From: Perkinsela sp. CCAP 1560/9
Lineage: Eukaryota; Protista; Euglenozoa: Kinetoplastea
Length of the DNA: 64,000 bases
Direction: 5' to 3'
Assembly (NCBI GenBank): GCA_965644495.1
Contig: CBFFSA010000001.1
Location: forward strand, 2,108,001-2,172,000
In this document: positions 22,029 through 33,549 of the stretch, one piece after another
Layout of the letters: each line of letters begins with the position of its first letter
How positions within the stretch are numbered: the first letter of the stretch is position 1
Translations under genes and position numbers: made by a program
The notes under the pieces: model-generated
Database searches by the model: none
What the model saw: only the letters and a program-made list of their open reading frames with translations
Told to the model about the DNA's origin: nothing

Positions 22029-22299
22029 TCACACATTTGCCTAGTACGATAGTACCGTACCTAGTACCGTACTATCCGTACTTCGTACGAAAGTCTGTAC
22101 TTTTAGTCACATGTACAGATTTCCTTTTTTTCAAAGATTATTATACATAGACAAAGAGTGCCATATGTAAGTTCACTTTCTCTTTTACTTGTAATATCGG
22201 GTTTTCTCTTACTGTAACATGAAAATAGATAGATGATAGATACTAGTGATATTCGCCCTACTTTTTTTGTGTCCTTACATGAGTCAAAACTCGCAAGGA

Positions 22300-22882
22300 A
22301 ATTCATAACATGGATTTTTGGAAAGATGTAGTATGGTTTGATCCGATTATTTATTGCTGAATATTTATTGCTGAATTCGGTCAATCATACAATTTGCCTT
22401 GTATTTCTGTCGAGCGTGCCAATAACCTCTTTGATCGAGACTTGGGTTTTGCGAACCAACAGGCCCCTCTATTTTCCATTACTCAGATGGACTGGAGAGA
22501 ATACGTTTCCTGTACGAACTTTGAATGGGATCCCGTCTTGCACCACAATGAATACGTCTACTGGTGTACTGTTGGCGATAAACTTTTCCCATCGATTGCA
22601 TTTACTGCCCGCCACTATGTCTGGGTTCCTCCAATGGTAACGAAATGTGATTCGTGGCTATCCATTTTAGCTTACATGTACAGTCCCCGCCAATCCCGTC
22701 TTCTCCCTCATGTTATTGCCCATCGCATATTTATTCGTGGAAATTTGGACAACTTGAAGCCCGTTAAAAATCATTCTGCATCGACAAACGGCACTCCTGA
22801 GGAAGATTCGTTTGAGAGAGATGAATTGGATCTTCTGATAAGCAGTGAGTCAGATGGTGATCAAACTGAAACGTATCCATGA
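22300..22882 (+). pseudogene. Orphan repeated gene, copy A (5'-disrupted)
   Basis: FEWDPVLHHNEY...HYVWVPPMVTKCDSWLSILAYM is homologous to the minus-strand copy at about 44.6-45.3 kb. The 5' region has a 14-bp tandem duplication (tatttattgctgaa x2) and an in-frame TGA. Confidence 0.55.
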
Positions 22883-24204
22883 AATCTGCAGCTTCTGATC
22901 TTCAGTGTACGCAATTAGTTTCTTATTTATACTTTTGAAGAATTGGTTACTCAAGGTAGCGATTTAAATAACTTTAAATAATCGTGTAAGAGATTCACAT
23001 ATCAAAACTTACTATATACTTCAATCAATATTTACTACATTATAGTTTTTATACAGGTATACATAATATGTATCAGCGGACGTCAGTGTATTTTTGATGC
23101 GCGCTAAAGCTTTTTTATAACGAGTAATTACGCATTCCTCCTGTCCCCCCCTACTTATGCGCAACCGTTTGACCCGGCCACTTAAGCGCAAATTTGACAC
23201 ATCGTTCAGAAGAACAGCGCCGCAAAGCGGCGCGATTTTTTTTTTTTTGTGGTACGAATTTTTGTACCAATTTTCGCCGCTGTTGAAATGGAGAGTCTGC
23301 AGGTAGTCCCTTTGGGCGTTCAAAAATGATCTCCAGCGATCTCCTCTGATCCACACTGACCTCCACCGATCTGTACGGCGAGTCTTTGCACGCTATACTG
23401 TACTGTACATCAGAGGAACTCTCCTGCCACGTACTGTACGCTTTTGAAATGATCAGTGCACCAGCGTGCGGCACCGCCTAGATGTGGGGCGGGTAAAGAT
23501 AACGTCGGTAACTGCACTACAAGTGCATGATAAACTAAACTTTAATTTATACACTATTTCGGACCCATGCTGTTAAAAGTCCGTTCTTTTCCTACAATTG
23601 ATCGGGTGCTCGCAAAAAAGGCACTTACTCCGTGATGTGGTCATTTGCGGGCATAAGTAACCATACAAGCGAAGTACTGTACCTCCTCCCTAGTTATCTC
23701 TCACACGTCACCCCCTGTCCGACTGATCATTCCAATGAATCGGTAAACCCTTCGATCTTCGAAAAATTACCTACAGCGTTCGCAACCGGTCGCCATTGGT
23801 TGCCATTGGTTGCCACCGTTCGACAGCGAGCTACAGGTACCGTCTGCACCCCCTCCGCTGATGGTACTGACGCCTACCAACTACCATTTTCTTTCATTAT
23901 TTTTTATGACTATAATTATACACTGCCGACTAATATTATTGAGTTTTTAATTATTGGCGAAGCTACGCAACTTTTAGTTAAAAAATCAATAATTTTTGTG
24001 CCAATAATTTTTGCAGAAATTTGTACACATCGGCAAACAACAGGGGCGGAAAAAAACCAAAATTAGGTCAAAAGGGTTTTTTGTGCTCACAAAAAGATTC
24101 AAGATTTTTTACGGGGAAGAATATTGCTTTTCACCAAAAAATTATTATACCTAGGAGGTACAATAGGTGTCCCTTGGTATAACCAGGAAGGTGGTTTACA
24201 TCTC

Positions 24205-25866
24205 TCTAATTTTGTTAAATGCGTTGCGAAGGGCAGGTTATTAAGTGGTCATTAAGTGAGGGGCTGCGGGTGTGATCTCACATGATTTCACGGCCGGGTG
24301 TTGACATAAAGCCAATCCTGCTCCTCCTACGTCAAATCCTCTCATGAAATTTGAGTTTTTGTGCAAAATCTATGACACTCTTCTCTAAAAAGTGACTGCC
24401 AAGATCAGACCTCATGAGAAATTCAAAAATTGAACAAAAAAAAATGTTTCTCACCCCAAATTGACAACTTTTAATTAAAAAAAACAATATAAACCCCTGG
24501 CCAAAATAAGGCACCCCCCTCTAAAAATTCGATGCTTTGTTTGTTTGAGCTAATTTCAATGGCATTTTGCAGATCTCAGTTCGGGATTTATGTCCTCCCA
24601 CACTTGGTCACTAGTCCTCTAGCTATTTATAAAGTGGAAACTATTTACCACTTTTTTACCTTTTCGCCACCTAGTTCGACGCAGGCCTTCAGTCTACGAT
24701 CGAAACTTAAGATGGTATCATTTATCATCTCAGTCGGTAAAGAACTCCATGTGTTTAGAATACACCTTTGCAGTTCGGAAACTGTAGATGGTAGCTTTTC
24801 ATTTACGTCTTGTTGTACCATTGACCATATGTTTTCAATGGGAGAAAGATCGGGAGAATTTGGGGGCCAATTTTTTAGTAGATTAATTTTTCGTTTGTTC
24901 AGGTAATTTATGGTGGCCTTGGCCGTATGAGCGGTGGCACCATCTTGTTGAAATATTCTTTTGCGGGGGAAATAAACATGTTTTAGTGTGTCTATGTATG
25001 TTTCGTGGGCAATAGAGGTCCTGCTGGATAAATTTTTAAGCATCTCCAGTTAATTCCTATAGCACCCCACACCTGACACTTAGGCGCCCAGCGCACCTTT
25101 AGTCTCTTTGCAGGGGTCTCTCCTTTTTTTACCCACATTTTCATTCGATTATCGTTTGTATCAAACACCTTCTCATCTGAGAATATCAATTTCGATGTGT
25201 CCTCTTTGTAATTTAAAGAAAACTGTACGCGTTTTTCTTTTTGTACAGCGGTGAGCCCTTGTGAAATTGGTCGTGGCCTATATTGATGCCCTGCTTGCCT
25301 CAAATCTCGACGAACAGTTCGAGGGCTTGCAGTAACACCCTTTCTGCACAAAACAACAGAAATACGCTTTGAACTGTACTTTGGCACCCCTGCCGCATCT
25401 TTCTTAGAAATAATGGTTTCAATCCTTTTTTTTACGAGACTTTATTTTTTTTTTCTGTGGGGATTTCTTTAGGCTTTTTTTCGTCTCAATTTTGGGGTGA
25501 TCACGGAGGTATTTTCGAATGTATTTCACGCTTACATTCAATTCACGTGCTATTCGTTTCTTTGGGATGCCATCTTGAAACCTTAAAAGCATGAGTTCCT
25601 TCCCCAGGGGGCTGAGGCCACCTTTCGGAGGCCTGCGGAATGATTTTTTCATAAATCGACCCTAATGTTAAAGTGGTAAAATGTTTTTTTTTCATGAGCT
25701 AAAAACAGCGGGAACGTACAGATCTCAAAATTTTGAACGAAAACATGGTATGATAACCCTACCATACCCCCTCATGCAAAAAATAAGGGGGGGTGCCTTA
25801 TTGGTGGCCAGGGATTTATTTTGTGCCATGATTTTTAGCGATAAAATTTTTTTGCTTGGGTGTATT
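24205..25866. repeat. Interspersed repeat R1 (24205-24489 plus 25819-25866), split by a Tc1-like insertion
   Basis: Reverse complement of the uninterrupted copy at 58321-58652. Confidence 0.85.
24490..25818 (-). mobile_element. Near full-length Tc1/IS630-superfamily transposon, DD35E transposase broken by two 1-nt indels
   Basis: TIRs TAaacccctggccaaaataaggcacccccct / aggggggtgccttattggtggccagggattTA. ORF pieces 25419-25652 (HTH), 24992-25387 (FSDEK) and 24645-25043 (FQQDGATAH...WPPNSPDLSPIENIW). Empty site seen at about 58365. Confidence 0.92.
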
Positions 25867-26260
25867 TCAATTTTTGCTATAAAATATAATATAAAAAAAT
25901 TAATGAAAGGGGGAGTATGTAAAAAGCAGCCCCCCAGGGCACCCCGCGTACATAACTCATGATTGAAACACGCGCCGCGAAGCGGCGCGAAATTTTTTTT
26001 TCACCCTTTTTTTTGACCCGGCTACTTGCGCAATTTTAGGCCAAAACCTAGTTGCGTTTCAGTGGGGTGGGACAGTATGTATTCATATTTTTCTGAGGGT
26101 TTTTCCATGATTTATTCGATGCCTCCAACAAGCATCAGTGCTACACTTTTTCCCCGTTCTAACGTTTAGTTTGTATTATTAGAACGCGCGCTATTTTTTC
26201 CCTTCATCATAATTGTACAAGATGTCTGCTTATTGCACTCACCAATAGTAACAACAATTT

Positions 26261-26359
26261 TAGGCTCTTCGTTAAAATCGGGAGTTGTTTTCAACTTAGA
26301 AGTCACTCATGCTGCGCGCTTCGCGTTGAAAACTACCGCCGCGTTTAACGAAGAGCCTA
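26261..26359. mobile_element. About 100-bp MITE-like unit with TIR TAGGCTCTTCGTTAAA
   Basis: Inverted ends at 26261-26276 and 26344-26359. Second copy at 44273-44371 in opposite orientation. Fragments at about 28808 and 30450. Confidence 0.75.
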
Positions 26360-26859
26360 AAAAAGAAAAATCGCGAAAAGATCATGCATAATCTATTTTT
26401 TGGGGGTAAAAACCTCGATTTTCCGGCAAAAAATGTGAAATTTTAACCCGAATTTGGGCCGTTTTGGATGCCTTACCAATAGGGGTAGGAGGCGAATCTG
26501 ACGCAAAAAACGTCGCAGAATGGTAGCTGAGGTCCCAAATTCCTAAAACACGTTTTAGGAGTCGATTTTGGAAAAATAAGATTTTTACCTTTTTTTGGGT
26601 CTAAAAAACGAATTTTTTTGGTCACCCCAAAAATTTCGGAAATTTTGACCTTGTCGGACCCCTCCCGCGCGTACCAGGGGGGGGTGGAAAATTATCGCCG
26701 CGGCCTACTCTAACACTTCCCTGCGCTCGATTTCGAAAAGCAAAAAATTCGAAAAAAAATTCGCGACATATGCCCCCCTCCCATGGACCCCCAATTTTTT
26801 TGAATATTTTTTTTCAGTTTTGGACTACCGGGGCCCCCTTTTATATTTTCTTCTTCTAT

Positions 26860-27585
26860 TAAACCCCCGCTCACGAAAAGTGACCCCCCTCTTTTTTTTC
26901 GTACAAATGTCCGTTTGAGCTGTTTTTTGTGCACTTTGCAGATCTCAACACAAGGACTTTGCGTGTGCAGAAATGAGACAAAAAGAAACGAATATGCACA
27001 ATTTAGAGAAGAATTACCATTTTGTCACTTTTTCGCCCTTCAATCTTATGCACTCCTTAAGTCGAGAATCAAAACTTAATACTGTTTTGTCGATCACTTT
27101 TTGAGTTAAAGAAGACCATGCTTTACGTGCACATCGGATAAGTGAAGGTTTGTCCGATGGGGTTTGTTCGTCTACCGCCTCTTGGACCATAGACCAGACG
27201 TTTTCTATGGGGGAAAGGTCGGGCGAGTTGGGGGGCCAGTTTCTTAGAACATCACTCATTCAATTCTCAATATACTCTTTGGAGGCACGGGCAGTATGTG
27301 CCGTTGCCCCATCCTGTTGAAATACACTATTAGGGGGGAAATCTAGCTGTTTTAATGTTTCTATGTACGTCTCACTTGTAATAGATGTGTCATTGTAGAT
27401 GTCTCACTTGTAATAGATGGTCACAGGACTCAAAGTGTATTCCCCGCTAGATTTTTTTTCGTTCAGATATTTTTTGATTATCCTTCTAGAGACGTTAAAA
27501 TCACGGGATAATTGTTTTATCGGAACACCTTCTGCCTGTCTCATCTTCAAAAGAACCTTACCACTATCCGTAAGCCCCCCTTTTA
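26860..27585 (-). mobile_element. Internally deleted Tc1-like transposon remnant (DD35E, paralogue of the 24.5-kb element)
   Basis: KGGLTDSGKVLLKMRQAEGVPIKQLSRDFNVS (HTH) at about 27420-27580. VFQQDGATAHTARASKEYIEN*MSDVLRNWPPNSPDLSPIENVW. Left end TAaacccccg. Flanks are contiguous in the copy at 51080-51228. Confidence 0.85.
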
Positions 27586-27741
27586 TTATATTACTGTGTT
27601 TCTCTTTATATTTTCATTGTTTTTGTTCACTTTTTTTTCAATAATCGAGGGTAGAGCGGTAGTTATACAACCACCGCAATAAAGTTAAGTTGATAATATG
27701 CTTATGGTCAATCTTTATAGGTTTATTGTTCTAATCACATA

Positions 27742-28760
27742 CAGGGGTGAAAACTTCCATCTGGGGGTGGGTCTAAAATTTGTAAAAACTTTTCAATTTT
27801 GTAAAATAATAGCGCATTCGAGAGCTCTCGCAGAATTGTATGTCTTCATGCTGGTAGCTTTTAACATATCAAAGTGAAACTACAAATGCCGAATAGGTCA
27901 AAAACTCGAATTGTCACTTAAAAAATGATACAAAAAAGTTAAAAAATAACGTTTTTCCCCCCACGAAGATTGTTAGTAACCCCTTTTAGTATCCGCAATG
28001 TGCACCGTTCTTTTCTACAATGATTCTACAACGCTTTCTGAAGCTTTTTAGCGTATTCTCAAATTTAGATATTTGTTCTGTCTTAAGTTTATCATAGGAA
28101 ACATGAATTGCGGAGAGTAATTGTTGTTGATTTTTGGGTTGAATTTGGTCCTTTGTCCCGTCCATTATTGACCAAAGATTTTCTATGGGGTTTAGATCGG
28201 GGGATCGTGCTGGCCATCGGAGCCAAGAATAACCCTTTTCTTGGGCCGCGGCACGAGCCTTATTATGTGCCGGGCAATTGTCCATCACTATTGTGGCCCG
28301 ATGTCTCCTTAAATATTGGAACAGACCCCCCCTTTTTTTCATGGCTTCATAAAAATTTTGTCCCTTTACAGTTACTTTGTTTCCTTGAGAATCATGGGTA
28401 GGAAAGACATGTAAATGAAACCCATGCTTTAAGCTCACCCCTATTCAAACCATAATACCTTCTCCACCATGATAGGGTTCTAATTCCCCTGTTTGTTCTT
28501 TGGGGGGGTCAGACTTTCGGCAAAGGTACGTGGGTCGGGTGGATCTTTTGCACGTAAATTTTTTTCGTCGCAGAAAATAATATTTTCCAGCATAGCGTCT
28601 CTCCACTGTAGCATTTCAGTGGCAAATTGCACTCTGCTCTCCTTATGATTATTAGATAAGAAAGGGGTCTTTAAAGCTGTTCTGAGCACAATTTTTTCTT
28701 TTGAGTTTTTCAACATGTTGAATTGAATTATAATAATCCAATTTTTTGACTTCAAAATTT
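27742..28760 (-). mobile_element. Truncated Tc1/IS630-like transposon, DD32E spacing
   Basis: KTPFLSNNHKESRVQFA...IIFCDEK and IVMDNCPAH...WPARSPDLNPIENLW. End TA-caggggtg... is shared with the element at 53380-53977. Confidence 0.85.
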
Positions 28761-28844
28761 ATCGAGTCGTTTACCCCTCTTTCATACAATGTAGAATGTC
28801 GGTGTGGTAGCTGCTTCGTAAAAAAGCGGTGGTTGTTGGTAAAC

Positions 28845-28972
28845 CGGCTTCGCAAATTGCTTCCCACTAACGACGCCGCGTATGGCTCAGGACCGCTCAC
28901 GCGGGCCCTCGCCATACCCCCTCCCCTTCGGCTTCGCAAATTGCTTCCCACTAACGGCGTCGCGTATGGCTG
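28845..28972. repeat. About 45-bp GC-rich direct repeat x2 (cggcttcgcaaattgcttcccactaacg.cg.cgcgtatggct)
   Basis: Two copies at about 28846-28888 and 28928-28971, immediately 3' of the minus-strand tRNA-like head. Confidence 0.85.
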
Positions 28973-28977
28973 AAAAT

Positions 28978-29046
28978 ATAACTGCCGTGAGTCGAACCTG
29001 CGACCACCAGATTATGAACGGCAGGTCCTATCAACTGGACTACCTG
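28978..29046 (-). pseudogene. tRNA-derived sequence (A box and B box, CAT at the anticodon position), not a foldable tRNA
   Basis: Minus strand reads ccaggTAGTCCAGTTGATAGGACctgccgttCATaatctggtggtcgcaGGTTCGACTCacggcag. The D-stem GTCC/GGAC is intact; the anticodon and T stems are mispaired. Confidence 0.6.
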
Positions 29047-29211
29047 GGTTCGAGTCCCGGGACCTACGTTTTTAGGCACCGTGATTTGTTCCCAAATCGA
29101 GGATAGAGGGGGGGGCTGGACCCCCTTTTCTCACCCTTCTGGATCCACCCTACCCCGGACACCATAAGGAAGGGAGAGGCAGAGGTTGTAAACAACCCCC
29201 GCAATAATAAT
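29043..29211 (+). mobile_element. Candidate tRNA-headed SINE (T-arm/B box, body, 3' stem-loop, (AAT)n tail)
   Basis: Starts ctggGTTCGAGTcccgg. Ends gaggcagaggttgtaaacaacccccgcAATAATAAT, similar to the tails at 27648-27682 and 51196-51227. Confidence 0.45.
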
Positions 29212-30324
29212 TGAGAGTATGGAGAAAGTACGGATAATAGTGACCATAAATGTATCAAAAAATCGGAAAAGCACTGATGAAACAAAAAATAGTTTTTTTT
29301 CAAGTACTTTCTCAAAATAATTCGTTTTTAATGCATTTCTAGCATTTTCAAGCATATTTTGTCTACCAAAATTTATGTACCAGATTGTGTACCAATACTT
29401 ATTAACTGACCTGTTCCGGTTCTCGGACTTTTGCTTGTTTGCTCGTTGTGACCTCGATTGTTGACTTTACGGAGAAAAATAAAGTAAATCGGTGACACAA
29501 CCACCGATTCGGAGCTGGAACCGTTTGTGGACGCTGCCTTGTTAGGCCAACTAGCACAAAACGGCAATGCTTCATGAGATTTGGAAATGGAACGCAATGC
29601 CGAAAGAATTCCGGAGTTTGGGCCAAGGTAGGTGGCCAAAAAGTTCCAAAAGGTCAAAACGTAGGTGGAAACAATACCACCTAACTGAACATTACATACT
29701 GATTTTAATCGACTTAAGTAAAAAAACATCAGAAAAAAGAAGTTAGGGCGCTCTACGAAGTTATTTGTGGGCGTAGAGTGATTTCCAAAAATAATTTTTT
29801 GATACATTTATGGTCACTTTGACCCGAAAGTACCTGTAGGACTCTGGCAGTTTCTGTCAAGAACTCCCCCAGGGCTCGAACATTTATAAATGATACACAC
29901 TATGTTTGCAGCATGTGTGAAGTTTAGAACTTGCATGCACACAGTCCGTCCAACGTACACGCGGCAAGTTCGCTTGACACGGTTAATATTATTGCCACGC
30001 TCGTCAAGTTTTGCTATAAGAGCAGGCGACAATGTCTCGGGATCTTGAGGGCCATGACAGCGTGGACACAGAGGCGTTCCCATAGGAATACACTTTTCGC
30101 CGTAATGTGTACACAAAATTATGTGAATATAATATCCGTCGCTGAACGGCCACAATACAGACTAATGGATTTACGATTCGTACTAAAATACTTATCTGTC
30201 TTGCAAGAAGAACAAGAGCGCTTGTTTGCTTCTTCCATAGTGTTTTTAAATTTAAATGTGCAAAGGAAATTCTATGAAAAAAGGCAAATAAAACTGGAGA
30301 ACAAAGAATTGATGACGTCCTATA

Positions 30325-30912
30325 CCGTCAAAACACTTATTAAGGTAATTAAAATTAAAGTACCAGAAATTAAGGTACCAGAAATTAATGTAATAATTAT
30401 GTGACACTCATTTTTCCGAAAATCTGCTGCAATACTTAATTTCTATTCTAGTCGCTTCGTGAAAGGCGGTGGTTATTTTCAACTTAGAATCTATCAGCGT
30501 GCATTCAAAAATGTTTAAAACGCGAGCTAACCAGGGCAATGTGAATGCCATTACCAACGTACACGTATTTGGGCTAAATCAGGCTGAACATTGCTTACTT
30601 AAATACACTGGTGCGCGAGTTTAAAGGTGTGTTATCTAATGTTCTAATTCCGAATGATGATTCTACGCATAGACTATATTCTTCATGGACTAATACTCTA
30701 ACTCACCTGGTTACAGGTGTTGTAGGTACTTTCAACTGAATTTTGTTCAAATTTCGAAGGATATCGACATCGGGAATATGAGCTCCAAATAATAATAAAG
30801 TAAATAAATAATAATAAAGTACCAATAATTAAGGTACCAGAAATTAAGGTAATAATTATGTGCCAAAAAACGTTACCTTAATTTATGTTATTCTTAATTA
30901 ATGTTTTCACGG
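30325..30912. mobile_element. TA-flanked MITE, TIR ccgt(c/g)aaaaca.t.attaag
   Basis: TA-ccgtcaaaacacttattaag ... cttaattaatgttttcacgg-TA. Subterminal aattaaggtaccagaaattaa repeats at both ends. Confidence 0.75.
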
Positions 30913-31105
30913 TAAATATGAAAAGTGCTACAAGGTCGATTTCCTGGTAGTCGCTGTAGGTAATTTTTTTGGCTAACAAACCCCCTTTTGCAGATGTTCG
31001 ATATTTCATGTTTGCTATACAAACATGTACAAACAAATCTAACATGCAGCCCCTCATATATTATATTTTTTTAATTCTTGCTAGCTCTCTTGATTTCTTG
31101 TAATC

Positions 31106-32218
31106 GTGTTGTTAGGCTCACTACCCGTGGATTTACCAGGTCGCCGAGGGTACCTGCAACTTTGTCGAGCAACAAGAGACTGGTTAGGTGCACTTCGGTT
31201 AGTGCAAAAGGCTAATATCTGCCGCGATTCTTCGCAGCAAGAATTCTCTTTTGCAATATCTATTTGTGTAGAATGTAGGGCAATTAAGGCGCTTCACGAG
31301 TTAAAGCGTCTTACTAAAAATGTTAACTTTACAGAAAATGTCTCGAAAGGTCCTGAATATTCAAGGCTCATTCCAGATTTATCCACATCGAAATCGAATC
31401 TAGTTCAGAGTACATACTCCATATTTGCGCCGAATTCTGAAGTACCCAAGAATCAATCGGCTAAGAGTGAAGAAACCTCCGCATACAATCGAAAATTGGC
31501 GAATTCTAAATTAAATTTTGTTGAAGATAAAATCGGAAAGGACGTGAAAGAAAATATTTCATTCGAGAAGAGCACAGAGTCACGAAATCATGATCTCTTT
31601 TTTTTCTACTGTGCCAAAGATATATTGTCTATCCTTGCACACTACACAGAGATTGAAAGACCAAGCATTGCACTACACTTGCTTGAAACTATTCTTAAGC
31701 ATCGACGTAACGTTAGAGTAAAGCATCCCGAGACTTCTTCAGGTTCTATGTTACAAGATACGTCTACTAATAGCGAAGCCGTACAAACCTCGACAACGAT
31801 AAGTGAGAATGCATCTGAGACCTCAGATGACTCAGTTTTGCAACGTGTGACTGACACCGACATGGATGATTCTGTTTCCCACTCTATCGCTGCGGAATCT
31901 CCCATTTTCTGCGCTTACCCTCTCCCAGATGCATCCCCATCGTCTCCTTCTCTTTCGGACGAATTACTCGTTAAGGGCATCGAATTATGCGATCGAACAA
32001 ATCAATGGAAACGTGCTCTCGCGCTGATGGGATCCGTACAAGGCTCAGAGTATCCGTCCGCGGCTGCCCTGTTAATGTCCATGCTGGAGAAACGAAAACT
32101 GCACGACGCGAAATCCAATGTATTGCGCACCATGAGTCCTGAAGCTACAGAGTCCTTTACGGAGGCCTACTGTGCTCTGATTGGGGCTTGGGCAGTGCAT
32201 AAACGTCATGGGGGGTAG
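31106..32218 (+). CDS. Helical-repeat (PPR/TPR-like) hypothetical protein; apparent GTG start
   Basis: 370-codon ORF with repeated LC..T..W..AL.L motifs (LCRATRDWLGALRL, LCDRTNQWKRALALM). First in-frame ATG only at about codon 214. Confidence 0.65.
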   Translation: MLLGSLPVDLPGRRGYLQLCRATRDWLGALRLVQKANICRDSSQQEFSFAISICVECRAIKALHELKRLTKNVNFTENVSKGPEYSRLIPDLSTSKSNLVQSTYSIFAPNSEVPKNQSAKSEETSAYNRKLANSKLNFVEDKIGKDVKENISFEKSTESRNHDLFFFYCAKDILSILAHYTEIERPSIALHLLETILKHRRNVRVKHPETSSGSMLQDTSTNSEAVQTSTTISENASETSDDSVLQRVTDTDMDDSVSHSIAAESPIFCAYPLPDASPSSPSLSDELLVKGIELCDRTNQWKRALALMGSVQGSEYPSAAALLMSMLEKRKLHDAKSNVLRTMSPEATESFTEAYCALIGAWAVHKRHGG

Positions 32219-32459
32219 CTTTTCTTTTTTTCTGGCAGTTTTTGAATAGAGTAACGGCATGCATGGTCGTATCAATAATGTTTTGTATATATTTTTGAAC
32301 AGTGGTCGTCAGGGATCAGCAATACAGTAGCTCCCTTTCCGTATTGTATGATCCAAACTTTACGAAAATCTAATTTCTTGAGTTTCCATTTTTTCCCACA
32401 AACACTATATTTTATACTCTACTACCATTTACATTTTCCCATTTACATTGTAAATTTGT

Positions 32460-33380
32460 ATGGCCACCGTTCAACTTCTTCACTCGGCTGACGACCAACC
32501 TACCTCCGCTGGCCGCCGGCCTGCAAAGACCAGAGGCACTGCCCTCCCACCCGAAATCGACCTCATCCGTTTTCTCCAAGACAACACGGAGGAGATTCAC
32601 ACCACGTGGAGTTCCGAGATCCCAGCATGTAAGTGGCACGCGGTGAAATGTGACGAACACTACCACATTGTAGAGATCAACTGGGGCAGTAAGAAGCTCT
32701 CCGGGGAGGTGGGGTGGCCCCACCTTCCTCGCTCCCTCCAGCGTCTTGATTTGTCCGTGAATGCGCTCTCCGGGGAGCTCTGCACCCAAGTCCTCCCCTC
32801 CCCCCTCGTGAGCCTCACCCTGTTTAACAACACCCTCTCCGGAGCGGTGAACTGGAAAGGGTTACCCCGTGGGTTACGTCACCTCCACCTGGCGAATAAC
32901 CAGCTCTCCGGACCGATTCAACTCGAGGATATGCCCTACGGGCTGCGTGAGATTGTCCTTGCCCAGAACCTGTTCGTGTCCGGGATTGATCTCGCAGAAC
33001 TCCCCCCTCAGCTCCAAATGATAAATCTGAATCAAAATCATTTAACCGGGGAGATCGCACTGACGGAGCTCCCACCGAGTCTATGTGTACTCAGCGCGAA
33101 CCGAAATGGGTTCACGGGAAGTGTTGATTTCTCCTCCCTCCCCCCGAATCTCTATCGCCTGTGTTTGAGGGATAACGCCCTAAGTGGGGTGCTGGATTTG
33201 CGTAAGTTGGGTAGAAGACTGAGTGCCCTGGACGTGCGACATAACATGTTTGAAGGTAAGGTGCTGTGGTCGAAGAATGTGACCAACCTGTGTAAAAAAT
33301 TTAAGTTTGGTGGAAATAAACTTTGTGGTTTTGATCCTGCGGATATTGACGAGTGCCTCATTGTGGGAAAGCAAGGTTAG
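32460..33380 (+). CDS. 23-aa LRR protein (family copy 4)
   Basis: SADD...RRPAKTRGTALPPE motif, TW..EIPACKWHAVKC cap, about 9 LRRs. Confidence 0.9.
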   Translation: MATVQLLHSADDQPTSAGRRPAKTRGTALPPEIDLIRFLQDNTEEIHTTWSSEIPACKWHAVKCDEHYHIVEINWGSKKLSGEVGWPHLPRSLQRLDLSVNALSGELCTQVLPSPLVSLTLFNNTLSGAVNWKGLPRGLRHLHLANNQLSGPIQLEDMPYGLREIVLAQNLFVSGIDLAELPPQLQMINLNQNHLTGEIALTELPPSLCVLSANRNGFTGSVDFSSLPPNLYRLCLRDNALSGVLDLRKLGRRLSALDVRHNMFEGKVLWSKNVTNLCKKFKFGGNKLCGFDPADIDECLIVGKQG

Positions 33381-33549
33381 GTGTCTCAGCATAGCGAAGC
33401 AAGTATTAAAACGGTCAATTCTTTTTAAAAGAACTAATTATCCTTATCTTACTTTAAACAGAAAAGTACGTAAATTGCTTTTGGGAAATTTTGAATCTAT
33501 ACGAGAAAATAGGAAAAGACAACTTTTCTTCTATCCTTTTTTAGTTACG

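Larger units (their letters stand above)
23141..26075. mobile_element. Nested TIR-element interval bounded by related ends ctgtcccccc... / ...ggggtgggacag-TA
   Basis: Imperfect inverted ends. Internal direct motif tttgacccggc-actt near both ends. GCGCCGC hairpins at 23217 and 25972. Contains younger insertions. Confidence 0.45.

Noticed and set aside
25420-25435. Programmed frameshift in the transposase, as in some IS630 elements
   Set aside because: A second indel elsewhere also breaks the ORF, so decay or a homopolymer error is the simpler explanation.
26155-26190. tattattagaac as part of a spliced-leader RNA gene
   Set aside because: The match is short and is not followed by the conserved AGTTTCTGTACT...TTG/GT exon end. 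It is part of a local inverted repeat.
28808-28837. caaccaccgc plus T-run (minus strand) as the LINE-like tail of the minus-strand tRNA-headed element
   Set aside because: It aligns better with the end of the TAGGCTCTTCGTTAAA MITE family (26261, 44273, 30450).
28845-28972. HDV-like or hammerhead ribozyme in the GC-rich repeat
   Set aside because: I could not build P1/P3/J4-2 or a CUGAUGA/GAAA core on either strand by hand.
28978-29046. Functional tRNA-Met/Ile(CAT)
   Set aside because: Anticodon, T and acceptor stems do not pair. Only the boxes and the D-stem survive.
29373-30404. Short ORFs at 29.4-30.4 kb, and GC-richer patches at 36.45-36.8 kb and 47.25-47.46 kb, as genes
   Set aside because: They have stops in all frames and no recognisable motif. 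They may be decayed coding or TE sequence, but I cannot support a call.
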